A stretch of 64,000 nucleotides of DNA from an uncultured Thermoplasmatales archaeon (GTDB lineage: Archaea; Thermoplasmatota; E2; DHVEG-1): contig CAZUBH010000001.1 of assembly GCA_964618505.1 (NCBI GenBank), positions 31,567 to 95,566 of the forward strand. Reading direction: 5' to 3'. The notes beneath the pieces were generated by a model. It was given only the letters and a program-made list of their open reading frames with translations. It ran no database searches and was not told the origin of the DNA. The position numbers and the translations under genes were made by a program. Positions 49,140-60,861 of the stretch are shown here, piece by piece (the first letter of the stretch is position 1; every line of letters begins with the position of its first letter).

Positions 49140-52100
49140 CCTTCTTTTTTTTTAAGTGGTAATTTTTTTATACTCATATATGGACTTGTAATGTGAGTTG
49201 CCCAAGAGGTCCTTTTGTTTATATCTTCATCTGTAATAATGTGGATGTCTAACAGCCCTCCAGTTTCTAAACCTGTTCTTTGCTTGTTCTCTTTATCTAA
49301 TTTTTCCCCCTCGACCTCAAACCAAGCCATTAGGCTTTCTTTTTGTTCTTCGCTACCCTTAAAATGCACAATAATATCTATGTCACTTGCAGGTCCTGCA
49401 CTCCCGTCTTTTGTACTACCTATAATATACATAGCTTCTACACCATATAACTCTGCATCAAGTTTTTCCGCAAGTTCATTTGCTTTTTTCATTCTCCATG
49501 TCCAATGATCTGGAGGTTTCAAGAAAGCTAGTGCTTCGTTTGCTTCACCGTCCATAATAATACTAAGCGATCCGTCTGGCATAATATCTGAAGTTTTAAC
49601 TAGTTTTATGATTTTTTGATATTTTTTATGGTCTGACAAAATATTTTTCAGATGGTTCTCAACATCCGTTATAAGTTTTTCATTAAATGTTATTTCGGAT
49701 TGATCGGGATAAAGTGGCAAATATTTTATATCTGCTTCAACAAGATCTTGGAAAAAATGAGTGCCAAAAGAAAGCTCTGGCGTGTACTCGCCTTTTTTTC
49801 TTGCCACCTCAACAAGCAAGGATGTATTATTTATGTCGCCATAGTTAACAGGAACACCTAATTTAATATCCCCTCTACTCCCCCAACGACCGGGGCCGAT
49901 TAATATGAATTTTCTTTTAGGAAGTTTGTTGTTTAACTCATTTACAATTTTTGCAATTTTTTGCATTTCTTCTCTTGATTCAAGTTTTGAGTACTCTTCA
50001 GGAACAACATAAACAATGTATTCTACATTTTCAATTTGCCCGGTTGTTACATATTTGTTTGCAGAAAATAGTTTTCTATCTTTAGGTATATTTTTTGGAA
50101 TAGGTTTTCTTTCAATTCCTCTGCTTTGACTTTGTGGTCTACATTGAAGCACATGTAAGTTTTTTCCATCAGATGCAAATTCAACATCTACAGGAGTTCC
50201 AATTTTTTCTTCTAAAATGTAAAGAATTCTTTTGATTTTTTCAAGAAAATCAGTTTTTTCAAATAATTCTGAAAAAGTAATTACTAAATCTTCTTCTTTT
50301 AGATTTGTAAGGGCATTTGGTGAAGTGAGTCTACCCTCTTTATATGTTGATACAATTTTATCAATATTAACATATTCTTCTGAATGTTCTTTGTAAAAAT
50401 CGATAGCATCAACTGTTTCTATAGCACCAGATTTTAGGTTAATTACATCCATATATTTCGGAGAATATTGAACTCTTTCTGTAATTAAAGTGTTAACTTG
50501 AAGATTTGGTCTCATAGGGGATACAAGTATCGGATAGTCGTTTCCTACTCTATCTACTGCTCTTGTTCCAAGACCCGGAACAAGCCTTATCATCCCATCC
50601 TCACGACGAATCCTAGGCGACCAACGAAATTCATTTCTGCTAAAAGCAACACCCCCATACATAGGTAAATAATAATGACCGACTTTTACTCCTACTACTT
50701 CTTGTATTAAAATCCCCATTTCTTCGCTAAAATCAAGAAGTCCTCTTTCTCTCCTGTATTCAATTGGATCCGGTCCAAAAGTGGAAGCATAAACTTCTGC
50801 TATCGCATCCATAAGTGAATATAATCTTTCATCTTCACTACCTGTATTTGGAACAAAAAGGCTTTTATATTTTCCTGAAAAAGCAGCTCCGAAGCTATCT
50901 TCTAAAAGACTTGAGGAACGAACAATAATGGGCCTTCCTTCTAAATCTCTTATAATCTTTCTAAATCCCTCAATCATTTCATGTGGGAAAGTTGCATTTT
51001 TAAAAACTTGTTCTAAAAAAGGTTGTTCTTGTCTGATTTGATCTGGATTGAGATATTTAATATGAAAAGCTTCATCTAGATCATTATAATGAATGAAATT
51101 CAGTATTGTATCTGAAGTAATATACCAACTTCTTGGAAATGAAATATCTGTTAAAACTTCATCTTTTTTCTTCGCCTCTTTTAAAATTTGCTCTGCAAGA
51201 AATACACCTGAAGTTTTACCGCCCAGTTTTCCATATCCTTGAGCCGGACCGACCACATTTTGCAACATTTTTACAAAATCATCAAGTATTATAGATTGCT
51301 TTGCAACATTTACATATTCAAGACGGTCTGTAAAAAATCTTCTTATGAGGGCAGTTTTAATAGTTATTCTATCTTCTAGGGCAAGAGTTGCCTCAACGTC
51401 TTCTTTATCAAAAAAACGATTTAGTTCATCAGCTATTTCACTTAAGGAAACTCCTGCTTTTTGAGATGAAAGAAGTAAAGGTCTTGCCTTGTCTTGTTTC
51501 ATCCACTCTTGAAACATTTTTGAAATTTCTTCAGATGGTATATTTTCTTTTGCCATCTCAAATATTTGTTTTTGAACATTTTTCAAAGATTCAAGATCCT
51601 GTCTTGGGTTTGGCATGTTAATGCCACACCACTGACTTGCAGCTGAATTTCTGTCAATTGGACAAATGCTGCCCAAAAGTTTTGTAATCTTTTCGTTTTC
51701 GTATCTATATAAATAGTAAACCATTTTTCTAGTAATCCTTAAAAGTGTTCTAGGATCTGTTTTTAATAAAAGTTCTATAATTACCTCCCAATCTTGTTTT
51801 TTTGTAGGTTCTGTCTTTATCATTTTTTCTGCTTTATCCAGCTTTTTTCTGATATGAGACTCGCCAACATATTTTCCAAGCAAATCTGCTATCGCATCGA
51901 TTAATCTTCTTTCGTCAATTAAAAAAGGACCCTCATCAATTTCTTGACGTTTTTCAATATAATATACTTCTAAAATCCCAATTTTTTTATCTTCAGAGAT
52001 AATGTTACTTACCTGACTCCATTTTGTAACTTTGAAATTATCTGTTTTATACTCTTTGTTACCAATTATTATTCTTGCACATGTTATATCTGGATATTGC

Positions 52101-52276
52101 CATGCAGGAGGTATTAAATTAATTATTTTTTTTAATGCTTTATCTTGTGATAAGTTTCTATCTTTTACAATACTTGTTAACTTGTACAAACAATTAAGCT
52201 CTTTTACTCTTTCTTGCAGAGCATTGATTTCATACCTTGAATAGCTAGTTTTTTTCTTATTTTTCATTTTTCTCAT
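49136..52276 (-). CDS. GAF-like - PPDK-type ATP-grasp - His domain - nucleotidyltransferase protein (dikinase-like 2)
   Basis: N-terminal LQERVKELNCLY...PPAWQYPDITCARI; GGKTSG, VRSSSLLED, FSGKY, VEFA and LQCRP; SFGTHFFQ; C-terminal IGSTKDGSAGPASDIDII (pol-beta-type NTase). Confidence 0.85.
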   Translation of the reverse strand: MRKMKNKKKTSYSRYEINALQERVKELNCLYKLTSIVKDRNLSQDKALKKIINLIPPAWQYPDITCARIIIGNKEYKTDNFKVTKWSQVSNIISEDKKIGILEVYYIEKRQEIDEGPFLIDERRLIDAIADLLGKYVGESHIRKKLDKAEKMIKTEPTKKQDWEVIIELLLKTDPRTLLRITRKMVYYLYRYENEKITKLLGSICPIDRNSAASQWCGINMPNPRQDLESLKNVQKQIFEMAKENIPSEEISKMFQEWMKQDKARPLLLSSQKAGVSLSEIADELNRFFDKEDVEATLALEDRITIKTALIRRFFTDRLEYVNVAKQSIILDDFVKMLQNVVGPAQGYGKLGGKTSGVFLAEQILKEAKKKDEVLTDISFPRSWYITSDTILNFIHYNDLDEAFHIKYLNPDQIRQEQPFLEQVFKNATFPHEMIEGFRKIIRDLEGRPIIVRSSSLLEDSFGAAFSGKYKSLFVPNTGSEDERLYSLMDAIAEVYASTFGPDPIEYRRERGLLDFSEEMGILIQEVVGVKVGHYYLPMYGGVAFSRNEFRWSPRIRREDGMIRLVPGLGTRAVDRVGNDYPILVSPMRPNLQVNTLITERVQYSPKYMDVINLKSGAIETVDAIDFYKEHSEEYVNIDKIVSTYKEGRLTSPNALTNLKEEDLVITFSELFEKTDFLEKIKRILYILEEKIGTPVDVEFASDGKNLHVLQCRPQSQSRGIERKPIPKNIPKDRKLFSANKYVTTGQIENVEYIVYVVPEEYSKLESREEMQKIAKIVNELNNKLPKRKFILIGPGRWGSRGDIKLGVPVNYGDINNTSLLVEVARKKGEYTPELSFGTHFFQDLVEADIKYLPLYPDQSEITFNEKLITDVENHLKNILSDHKKYQKIIKLVKTSDIMPDGSLSIIMDGEANEALAFLKPPDHWTWRMKKANELAEKLDAELYGVEAMYIIGSTKDGSAGPASDIDIIVHFKGSEEQKESLMAWFEVEGEKLDKENKQRTGLETGGLLDIHIITDEDINKRTSWATHITSPYMSIKKLPLKKKEG

Positions 52277-52282
52277 CCAATA

Positions 52283-55261
52283 TTAACTTTCCCTTTTAAT
52301 AACTGCCTTGCCTGTTTTTCCATCTATTATTGCTTCAAGTTTCACATTTGTTTTTATGTGCTTTATTAATTCAGTTTCTTCAACGATTTTTTGTTTAATG
52401 ATCCAATCCCAATTTATATCTTCTGATTTTTTTGTAATAATATATCCAACTTGTGAGGCTATCATATCGTGGAAAAAGTGTGAACCCTGTGATGGATCTA
52501 TATGCCTCTCTTTATAGGGTGTTTCAACGATTACCTTTGCTCCTGCAATATTGCTCCATATCACGGGTATTCCTAACCAAGGGTCAGAAGAGCCCCAACG
52601 ACCTGGGCCGATAAGAATGTATGGATTCTTTTCTTCCATTAGTTTTGAATTAAGCTTTTTAATTTCCTCTACTATTTGATATGATTTTGACATATCAAAG
52701 TTTTCTTGATTTACATATACAATGTCAGTAAGATTTTTTGAAATACCATTTCCAAGCGAATTTTCACTAAAGAATAAAATTTCCTTTTTTGGGATGTCAT
52801 CGATTTCTACATCGATTTTTTCTTCTGGAGGAATCATATTTCTTATTTGAAGTATAACTAATTCAGAGGGCGTTTCGTCTTTTTGTATATTTACGGCAAA
52901 CTCAATTTCTACAGGATATCCCAGAGCAATCTCACTTATCTTCAAAAGTAATTTAATTGCATTTGCAAGAGGAATTGAATCATAGTTAATTATGGGAGAA
53001 AAATCTACGACAAGATATCCATTTTCGTATATTCCTGGATAAAAACTATCATCTTGCATTATGTAAGTAGAGACGACTTTATCTAATACGCCATGCTGTT
53101 TTGCAACTTCTACATCTAATTTTTCTAAAGAAGTATCTTCGTCATAATCAACAAATTTGTAAATTGATCTTAGATTTAGCGCGTAAAATTTGTTTTGTGC
53201 ATATTTCATATATTCTTTGGCCGTTCCAAACAATGGGGCTTTTGGTCTTTCTGGACAGAATGCATAACTACTTCCACCATCAACAATTGATTTACCAAGG
53301 CCAAGTGCGAGATAAACAATTCCTTCTTCAGATTTACATGGCCCTGATGGATAATAGTTATAAGATTTTGCAACACCAGAAACTGTTGGGTAAAAATATT
53401 TTCCATTACGAGCACCTACAACTTCTTGGATAAGTACTGACATTTTTTCATCACCTATATGTTTAGGTGTTGATTTTATGTAAGTACGTGCTTTTTCAAA
53501 ATACGTTGATGCAAAAACGTATTTAATAGCATTACAAACTTCTTGAAATCTAATGTCGGTTTCCCAAGAATCGTTTGGAAGAAGCATCGAGGCATAAATT
53601 CCTGCAAAAGGTTGCATTAAAGAATCTTCTAAAAGACCAGATGATCTAACGATTAAAGGTTTTTTAGCGTTTCTTACAAACGAACGGAGATCACCTATTA
53701 CTGTAGCTGGGAGATCCGAATCTAAAAACTTTTTGGAAATCCTTTCATCGGATAAATGATTAAAATCTAAGTCGAATAAATTATTATTTTCAATAAAACT
53801 ATCAAAAACATCTGTAGAAAGAACAATACTCCGCGGTATTGTTATTTTTAATTTAGGAAACATATCTTCATTAATATATTTTGAAAGGATTTTTGCCAAA
53901 AATGCAATACCTCTAGCCTTACCACCTAAAGCACCATCTCCAATTCGACTTATTTTTACATATGGGTCTGAAAAATTCCTACTAAAAGATGAAATAGCCG
54001 TCTTTGAAACTGAATATTTGTAATCTTCTAAAAGATTTACCAATTCTTGTTTTAACTTATCAGCTTTGTTTATTTTATCTTCAATTAATTTACATTTGTT
54101 TGAAAGTTCAGTTTCATTTAGAGACTCTAACCATTTTGAAATTTCGTTTTTTTTAGCACAATTAAAAAAACATGAATCATCAACATTTTTTAGTGCATTT
54201 TCAAAATCCTTCATTTTTTTAACTTTAAAAATTTCTTTTCCTTTTTTATCCTTTAGAATGAAATCTTTTGGGCCAAAACTCTTTTTTACAAACTGTTTTA
54301 CTTTGTTATTTAGGCCTGACGAATTTTTTGAAACAATATGAATTTTATTGCTTTTAATCCATTTTTGTTGTATTGGTTCTGAAGATTGTATTAAAACTGG
54401 CAATTGCGGGTTTTCTTCTATTGCATTATTTGCAATTTCAATTCCTGCAGGTTTATTTTTTTTGTCTTTCTTCATATAATTATCGGTTAAAATACACAAA
54501 AGATTGTCTTTGTATTTTTCATAAAGTTGATTTCCTTGTTCAAAAGTATCTGCATGAAGAATGTAGGGTCTTCTTTTATATCTTAGAACCTTTTGTTCTA
54601 AGTTAATTTCATCATCAACTATATTTGAAGAAAGATTACAGATTTCTTGACTTATTATTGATATGTAACTAGAATAATGTTGAATTGAATCTTCTATAAG
54701 TAAAATACATTTGACATTTTCTTTACTTCTTGCTTTTTCAATATTTTTAAAATCCTCAAAAAGCTGAATAATACTTAAGACGATTTTCCCATCGCCATTC
54801 CATGTAAATATTTTATCAATATTTTCATGATTCTTATCAGCAACTTCCCTTAATTCTTTGAGATTATTTCCTAACAATACAATGGCTGTGTCTGTGTGAT
54901 CTTTGATTTTTTTAGAAAGATCTTTAATCGGCATATCTTCAGGTTTATTGAAAATTATGATTAAATCAAAGCTTTCGTTTTTAATCAACTTTAGACTTTC
55001 TTGGCCTTTTTCGATATGGACAATTTTAATTGGACGTTCATCTTCAAAAGAACACCATTCATTAAATAAATTATTTAATCTTCCCTCTTCTTGCAATAAA
55101 AAATAATTGTAAGAAGAAGAAATGAGAAGAATCTTCTTAATTTTATAGTTTCTAAATGTTTCTGTAATATTATATTTTATTTGTTGACCTATCTCTGGCT
55201 TTTTATTTGTTATTTCTTCGATTATCTGTTGTATTTTTTGCTCTTTTTCATTTATCAACAT
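52283..55261 (-). CDS. Pseudo-REC - REC - DUF5752-like - PPDK-type ATP-grasp - His-domain protein (dikinase-like 3)
   Basis: LIEDS / LTDNY / IQSS / VSK; GGKARG, VRSSGLLED, FAG, IEFA and LQIR; SQGSHFFH. Confidence 0.85.
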   Translation of the reverse strand: MLINEKEQKIQQIIEEITNKKPEIGQQIKYNITETFRNYKIKKILLISSSYNYFLLQEEGRLNNLFNEWCSFEDERPIKIVHIEKGQESLKLIKNESFDLIIIFNKPEDMPIKDLSKKIKDHTDTAIVLLGNNLKELREVADKNHENIDKIFTWNGDGKIVLSIIQLFEDFKNIEKARSKENVKCILLIEDSIQHYSSYISIISQEICNLSSNIVDDEINLEQKVLRYKRRPYILHADTFEQGNQLYEKYKDNLLCILTDNYMKKDKKNKPAGIEIANNAIEENPQLPVLIQSSEPIQQKWIKSNKIHIVSKNSSGLNNKVKQFVKKSFGPKDFILKDKKGKEIFKVKKMKDFENALKNVDDSCFFNCAKKNEISKWLESLNETELSNKCKLIEDKINKADKLKQELVNLLEDYKYSVSKTAISSFSRNFSDPYVKISRIGDGALGGKARGIAFLAKILSKYINEDMFPKLKITIPRSIVLSTDVFDSFIENNNLFDLDFNHLSDERISKKFLDSDLPATVIGDLRSFVRNAKKPLIVRSSGLLEDSLMQPFAGIYASMLLPNDSWETDIRFQEVCNAIKYVFASTYFEKARTYIKSTPKHIGDEKMSVLIQEVVGARNGKYFYPTVSGVAKSYNYYPSGPCKSEEGIVYLALGLGKSIVDGGSSYAFCPERPKAPLFGTAKEYMKYAQNKFYALNLRSIYKFVDYDEDTSLEKLDVEVAKQHGVLDKVVSTYIMQDDSFYPGIYENGYLVVDFSPIINYDSIPLANAIKLLLKISEIALGYPVEIEFAVNIQKDETPSELVILQIRNMIPPEEKIDVEIDDIPKKEILFFSENSLGNGISKNLTDIVYVNQENFDMSKSYQIVEEIKKLNSKLMEEKNPYILIGPGRWGSSDPWLGIPVIWSNIAGAKVIVETPYKERHIDPSQGSHFFHDMIASQVGYIITKKSEDINWDWIIKQKIVEETELIKHIKTNVKLEAIIDGKTGKAVIKRES

Positions 55262-55288
55262 ATTTCATTTTTCTTTTTTAATAATTTT

Positions 55289-56575
55289 CTATACCCAGCC
55301 TCTAAATTTACATGCCTCTGCTACTTTCTGGATTGCTATCATATATGCTGCGTCACTAACTCTTAAATTCTTTCTTTTTGAAAGATCCCAAACTTTGTAA
55401 AACGCATCCGTCATCTTATTATCGAGCTTGCCTAAAACTTCTTCTTTTGGCCAGTAATAATTTTGATTGCTCTGCACCTGTTCAAAATAACTACATACAA
55501 CTCCGCCAGCATTTGCAAGAAAATCAGGTATTATTACAACACCTTTTTTTGTTAAGATCTCCTCAGCTTCGGGCGTTATTGGTCCGTTTGCACCAGATAT
55601 TATAACTTTCACCGATGGTTTAATCTTATCTACATTATCTTTTGTAATAGAGTTTTCTAGTGCTGCTGGAATTAAAATATCAACTTCATGCTCCAACCAA
55701 TTTTTTCCATCCATTTTTTTATATCCAAGTTTTGAAGCTTTTTCTTTATTTATTGTTCCAAATCTATCTGTGATTCCTCTTAGTTCTTTTATATCTGAAC
55801 CACTTTCTTTTAGATAGCTGCATGCACAACCGTCTTTTTGATCCCAACAGGATACACTAACAACTGTGCCCCCATAATCAATGAATAATTCTGCTGCATA
55901 TTGAGCCACATTTCCAAAACCTTCTATTGATGCCTTCGCTTTTGTAATATCAATGTCCATTTCCTTTAAAACTTCTCTAAGTATGTATATTAGTCCGTAA
56001 CCTGTAGCTTCAGTTCTACCAAGCGATCCACCCATGCCAACCGGTTTACCAGTTATTACTCCAGGATATTGTCCGCCATGTATAGCTTGAAATTCATCCA
56101 TCATCCATAGCATATGTTGAGCGTTTGTCATTACATCAGGTGCTGGGACATCTTTTACTGGGCCGATGTCTCTTGCTATTTGTCTGATCCATCCGCGGCA
56201 TAATCTTTCCTGCTCATTTTCTGAAAGATCGTGAGGATCACAAATAACACCTCCTTTACCACCTCCTAAAGGAATATTTGCTACAGCGCATTTCCAAGTC
56301 ATCCACATTGATAATGCTTTTACAGTGTCGGCTGTTTCTTGTGGGTGAAATCTAATTCCTCCTTTGCAAGGACCCAATGCATCATTATGTTGGACCCTAA
56401 AACCCCTAAAAATTTTTGTTTTACCATCGTCCATTTTTACAGGTATAGAAAAATGATATTCTCTTAATGGATTTCTTAATAAATCACGGGCTGGTTCATC
56501 TAAATTGAGCATATCTGCTATTCTATCAAATTGTTGTTGAGCCATTTTAAACGGATTATAGCCTTCTTTTGCCAT
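55289..56575 (-). CDS. gdhA: Glutamate dehydrogenase (family II) paralogue 2
   Basis: GPCKGGIRFHP, MTWKCA, GGGKGG, APDVMT, RTEATG and EGFGNV. Confidence 0.92.
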   Translation of the reverse strand: MAKEGYNPFKMAQQQFDRIADMLNLDEPARDLLRNPLREYHFSIPVKMDDGKTKIFRGFRVQHNDALGPCKGGIRFHPQETADTVKALSMWMTWKCAVANIPLGGGKGGVICDPHDLSENEQERLCRGWIRQIARDIGPVKDVPAPDVMTNAQHMLWMMDEFQAIHGGQYPGVITGKPVGMGGSLGRTEATGYGLIYILREVLKEMDIDITKAKASIEGFGNVAQYAAELFIDYGGTVVSVSCWDQKDGCACSYLKESGSDIKELRGITDRFGTINKEKASKLGYKKMDGKNWLEHEVDILIPAALENSITKDNVDKIKPSVKVIISGANGPITPEAEEILTKKGVVIIPDFLANAGGVVCSYFEQVQSNQNYYWPKEEVLGKLDNKMTDAFYKVWDLSKRKNLRVSDAAYMIAIQKVAEACKFRGWV

Positions 56576-56704
56576 TGTTTTTCCTCCATATTATAATGGT
56601 TTCAATGCGGCGATTATAAAACACCTATAAATAAACCGCTTACAAAGTTTATTTATCATTATATACAAGTTGGTTATAAATATTATTTTTTAAAGGACAA
56701 TTTT

Positions 56705-56732
56705 TATACAAAATTTTATTTATTTTTGTATA
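56705..56732. promoter_or_regulatory. Inverted repeat TATACAAAA-N10-TTTTGTATA, candidate operator upstream of gdh paralogue 2
   Basis: Perfect 9-bp arms in the intergenic region next to an Lrp-family gene. The AT-rich context lowers significance. Confidence 0.35.
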
Positions 56733-56767
56733 CTAAGTTTTTATTAGGAGAAAAATTTGTACATATT

Positions 56768-57805
56768 TTATTTATTTTTTATTTCCCACAATCTTCGTTC
56801 AAGCCACGCTAAAGAAAGTTTTTGTGGCTTTATTGCATGAATCATTTTAGATGAAAGTATAATATTTGAAATTCCCCCAACATCCTCAGAAAATTTATTG
56901 ATTATCTCTTCACCCATGTCAAAGAAGTTTTCTATTGTTTTAAACGCTGAAAAAATCAAAAAATTATATCTTCCTGTACTTGCCTCTTGTGCTCTTGAGA
57001 TGTTATTGTTTTTTAGAATATACTCTCTAATTTCTTGTTTTTTTGATTTCACTTCAATTAATGAAACAACCAAATTGTATTTGGGAGGTATAAACAAGTT
57101 TGGAAAAAAACAGCGAGGTTTTGCAATTATATTATTTTTCATTAAATTTTCAATTCTATTTGTAACGGTTTTTCTGTTTAATTCCAATTCCCTAGAAATA
57201 AATGAATCATTTCTTTGTATATGCTCCTCATTCATTAGTTTTTCAAGTATAATGAATGAAGTATCATCAAGTTTTATGTTATTTAATTCAACAAAACCTT
57301 TTTTATCAAAATCTTTTCTTAGATCCTTTATGAAACAATTAGGTTCATATTTGAACATTAATTTATTACTGAAAATTAGAGCTTCAGCAGGGGCTCGATT
57401 TTCACGAGAAGGGATTTTATGATCCTTAACAATTCTTTCACGCCAATTGTGATACGATTCTAAATCTTTAAAAAACTCAATTAAAAATGTGTTGTATGGC
57501 CCTTCCATGCACGAAAAAGCAGCAAATATATGGGAATCATCCTTTAAAAAATCTATAACTTCTTCGTTTCTTGGCATATCTGCTCTAACCAGAGCTAGCA
57601 AGGGATATTCGTTGTAAAGATGAGGGAAATGATAAAAGGGCTGACTTAAAATATTTGAATCTTGTAATTTTTTAATTTTTCTCTTAACAGTTGCTCTATG
57701 TATATTTATATCTTTAGAAAGCGCACTAATATTTATTAAAACTCCTTCACCCGATACAAGATATCTTAGCAATCGAAGATTTATCTCATCTTCTAAAAGA
57801 TTCAT
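56768..57805 (-). CDS. Tandem (HTH-RAM)x2 Lrp/AsnC-family regulator
   Basis: Two HTHs (ISALSKDINIHRATVKRKI; ISRELELNRKTVTNRI), each followed by a RAM-like domain (MEGPYN; STGRYN). Confidence 0.8.
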   Translation of the reverse strand: MNLLEDEINLRLLRYLVSGEGVLINISALSKDINIHRATVKRKIKKLQDSNILSQPFYHFPHLYNEYPLLALVRADMPRNEEVIDFLKDDSHIFAAFSCMEGPYNTFLIEFFKDLESYHNWRERIVKDHKIPSRENRAPAEALIFSNKLMFKYEPNCFIKDLRKDFDKKGFVELNNIKLDDTSFIILEKLMNEEHIQRNDSFISRELELNRKTVTNRIENLMKNNIIAKPRCFFPNLFIPPKYNLVVSLIEVKSKKQEIREYILKNNNISRAQEASTGRYNFLIFSAFKTIENFFDMGEEIINKFSEDVGGISNIILSSKMIHAIKPQKLSLAWLERRLWEIKNK

Positions 57806-57860
57806 AGTAAATAAGAAAGATAATTACAATTTAAAATTTTATATTAAAAAGAAAGAAGGA

Positions 57861-59237
<1,377 letters not shown>

Positions 59238-59261
59238 CTATTAAAACTTTATTGATATGAA

Positions 59262-59630
59262 TTATTTAGAAATTTCAACATTTTTTGTAGAAATAATGTC
59301 AACTTTTGTGTCTAAAATATTATTTATTAAAATATCTCCAACTTTAATTGGAGCTTTAACCTTCATTTTTTTTATTTCTTTTAAAACGGAAAATACTAAC
59401 TTTTTTGGAATTGGCTTTGAACTTTTAACACTAATAAGTGGCCATTTCCCATTTTCAACTAAAATAGATGTTGTTAGCATTCTTTTAGGATTAAGCGCTT
59501 CACTTTTAGCGTATTCAATTCCCTTTTGGCACTTTCCTTTATCTAAAATTTCACATTTGTCTCTATCTTTCCTAATTAGAATTTTACAACCGATTGGACA
59601 AACAATACAAGTTATTTCTTTTTCACTCAT
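59262..59630 (-). CDS. DUF1667 metal-binding protein
   Basis: TCIVCPIGC...GKCQKG, NPKRMLT and APIKVGD. Confidence 0.85.
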   Translation of the reverse strand: MSEKEITCIVCPIGCKILIRKDRDKCEILDKGKCQKGIEYAKSEALNPKRMLTTSILVENGKWPLISVKSSKPIPKKLVFSVLKEIKKMKVKAPIKVGDILINNILDTKVDIISTKNVEISK

Positions 59631-60861
59631 CTATGACTTCAACCTCTAAATATTCATTTGAGATGATTTCTTTTTCAGTTATATTTACATTTAATCTAAT
59701 CATATTTGCCGGATTAGCAAAAGGTAATTTTTTTGATAAAATCTGCTTATCTTTAAATCTTAAAACCGCCCTTGGATTTTTAATTGGCCTTTTAACTCTA
59801 AAACTGAGTGTTATTTCACCAGGTTTGTTAATTTTTTGTGGAATAACATATCTAACATTATTGTTTGGAATTACTCTTATCTTTTCTTTCCCTATAGTTT
59901 TATCTTGCGCTGCATTTTTACCTGCTAATTTTGCATCTAGGGAAAGCATATCGACTGTATCATAAACTTGCAAGCAATTTCCACAAGAATATATTCCTTT
60001 AATTTCTGTTTGATAGTTTTGATCTACAATAGCGCCGCCAGTTAACGGATCAATTTTAATGTTAACATCTTTTATAAGTTCATTTTCAGGAATTAGGCCC
60101 AGCGATAATAAAAGAGTATCACATTTAATTTTCTTTTCAGTTGTTGAAATAGGTCCTTTATCACCTACTTGCGATATTGTTACCTCTTCAATTCTTTCTT
60201 TTCCCTCTATATTTGTAACTGTATGGTTGAGATATAGAGGTATGTCGTAATCGTCAAGGCATTGTACTACATTTCTCGGGAGGCCACTTGCATAAGGAAG
60301 TATTTCAACAACCCCTAGAACATTAGCTCCTTCAAACTTCAATCTTCTAGCAATAATTAACCCCACATCTCCAGAACCTAAAATTAATACATTTTTTCCA
60401 GGCATAATATTATATAAATTGATAAAAGCCTGTGCAACACCTGCAGTATATATTCCACTGGGTCTAGTTCCTTGTATCATAATGCTGTATCTTGTTTTTT
60501 CTCTACAACCCATAGCAAGAATTATAGATTTTGCTTTGATTTTCAAAAGCCCATTTTTATTTACTGCAATAATTTCTTTTTTTGCGTTTAATTTTATTGC
60601 CATCGTTTCTTTCAAAAATTCTATATTATTTTTCTTTGCCTTAGAAATATACATCTCAGCATACTCTGAACCAGTCATAGATTTGCCTGTTTCTTCTACG
60701 CCAAAACCATCGTGGATACATTGAGGCAATATCCCCCCTAACCAATCGTTTCTATCTAATATTAAAACCTTTTTAGCGCCGGTTTTTTTAGCAGAAATTG
60801 CTGAAGCAAGACCTGCAGGCCCACCTCCAATTATTGCCACGTCTGCATTAAGATTTTTCAT
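59623..60861 (-). CDS. FAD/NAD(P)-dependent oxidoreductase (partner subunit)
   Basis: GGGPAG, GGILPQCIHDGFG, AMGCRE, GSGDVG and RNVVQCL. Confidence 0.85.
   Translation of the reverse strand: MKNLNADVAIIGGGPAGLASAISAKKTGAKKVLILDRNDWLGGILPQCIHDGFGVEETGKSMTGSEYAEMYISKAKKNNIEFLKETMAIKLNAKKEIIAVNKNGLLKIKAKSIILAMGCREKTRYSIMIQGTRPSGIYTAGVAQAFINLYNIMPGKNVLILGSGDVGLIIARRLKFEGANVLGVVEILPYASGLPRNVVQCLDDYDIPLYLNHTVTNIEGKERIEEVTISQVGDKGPISTTEKKIKCDTLLLSLGLIPENELIKDVNIKIDPLTGGAIVDQNYQTEIKGIYSCGNCLQVYDTVDMLSLDAKLAGKNAAQDKTIGKEKIRVIPNNNVRYVIPQKINKPGEITLSFRVKRPIKNPRAVLRFKDKQILSKKLPFANPANMIRLNVNITEKEIISNEYLEVEVIDE

Noticed and set aside
45155-55261. Annotating the three large proteins as phosphoenolpyruvate synthase / pyruvate phosphate dikinase
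   Set aside because: No C-terminal PEP/pyruvate-binding barrel is present; sensory domains occupy the N-termini instead.
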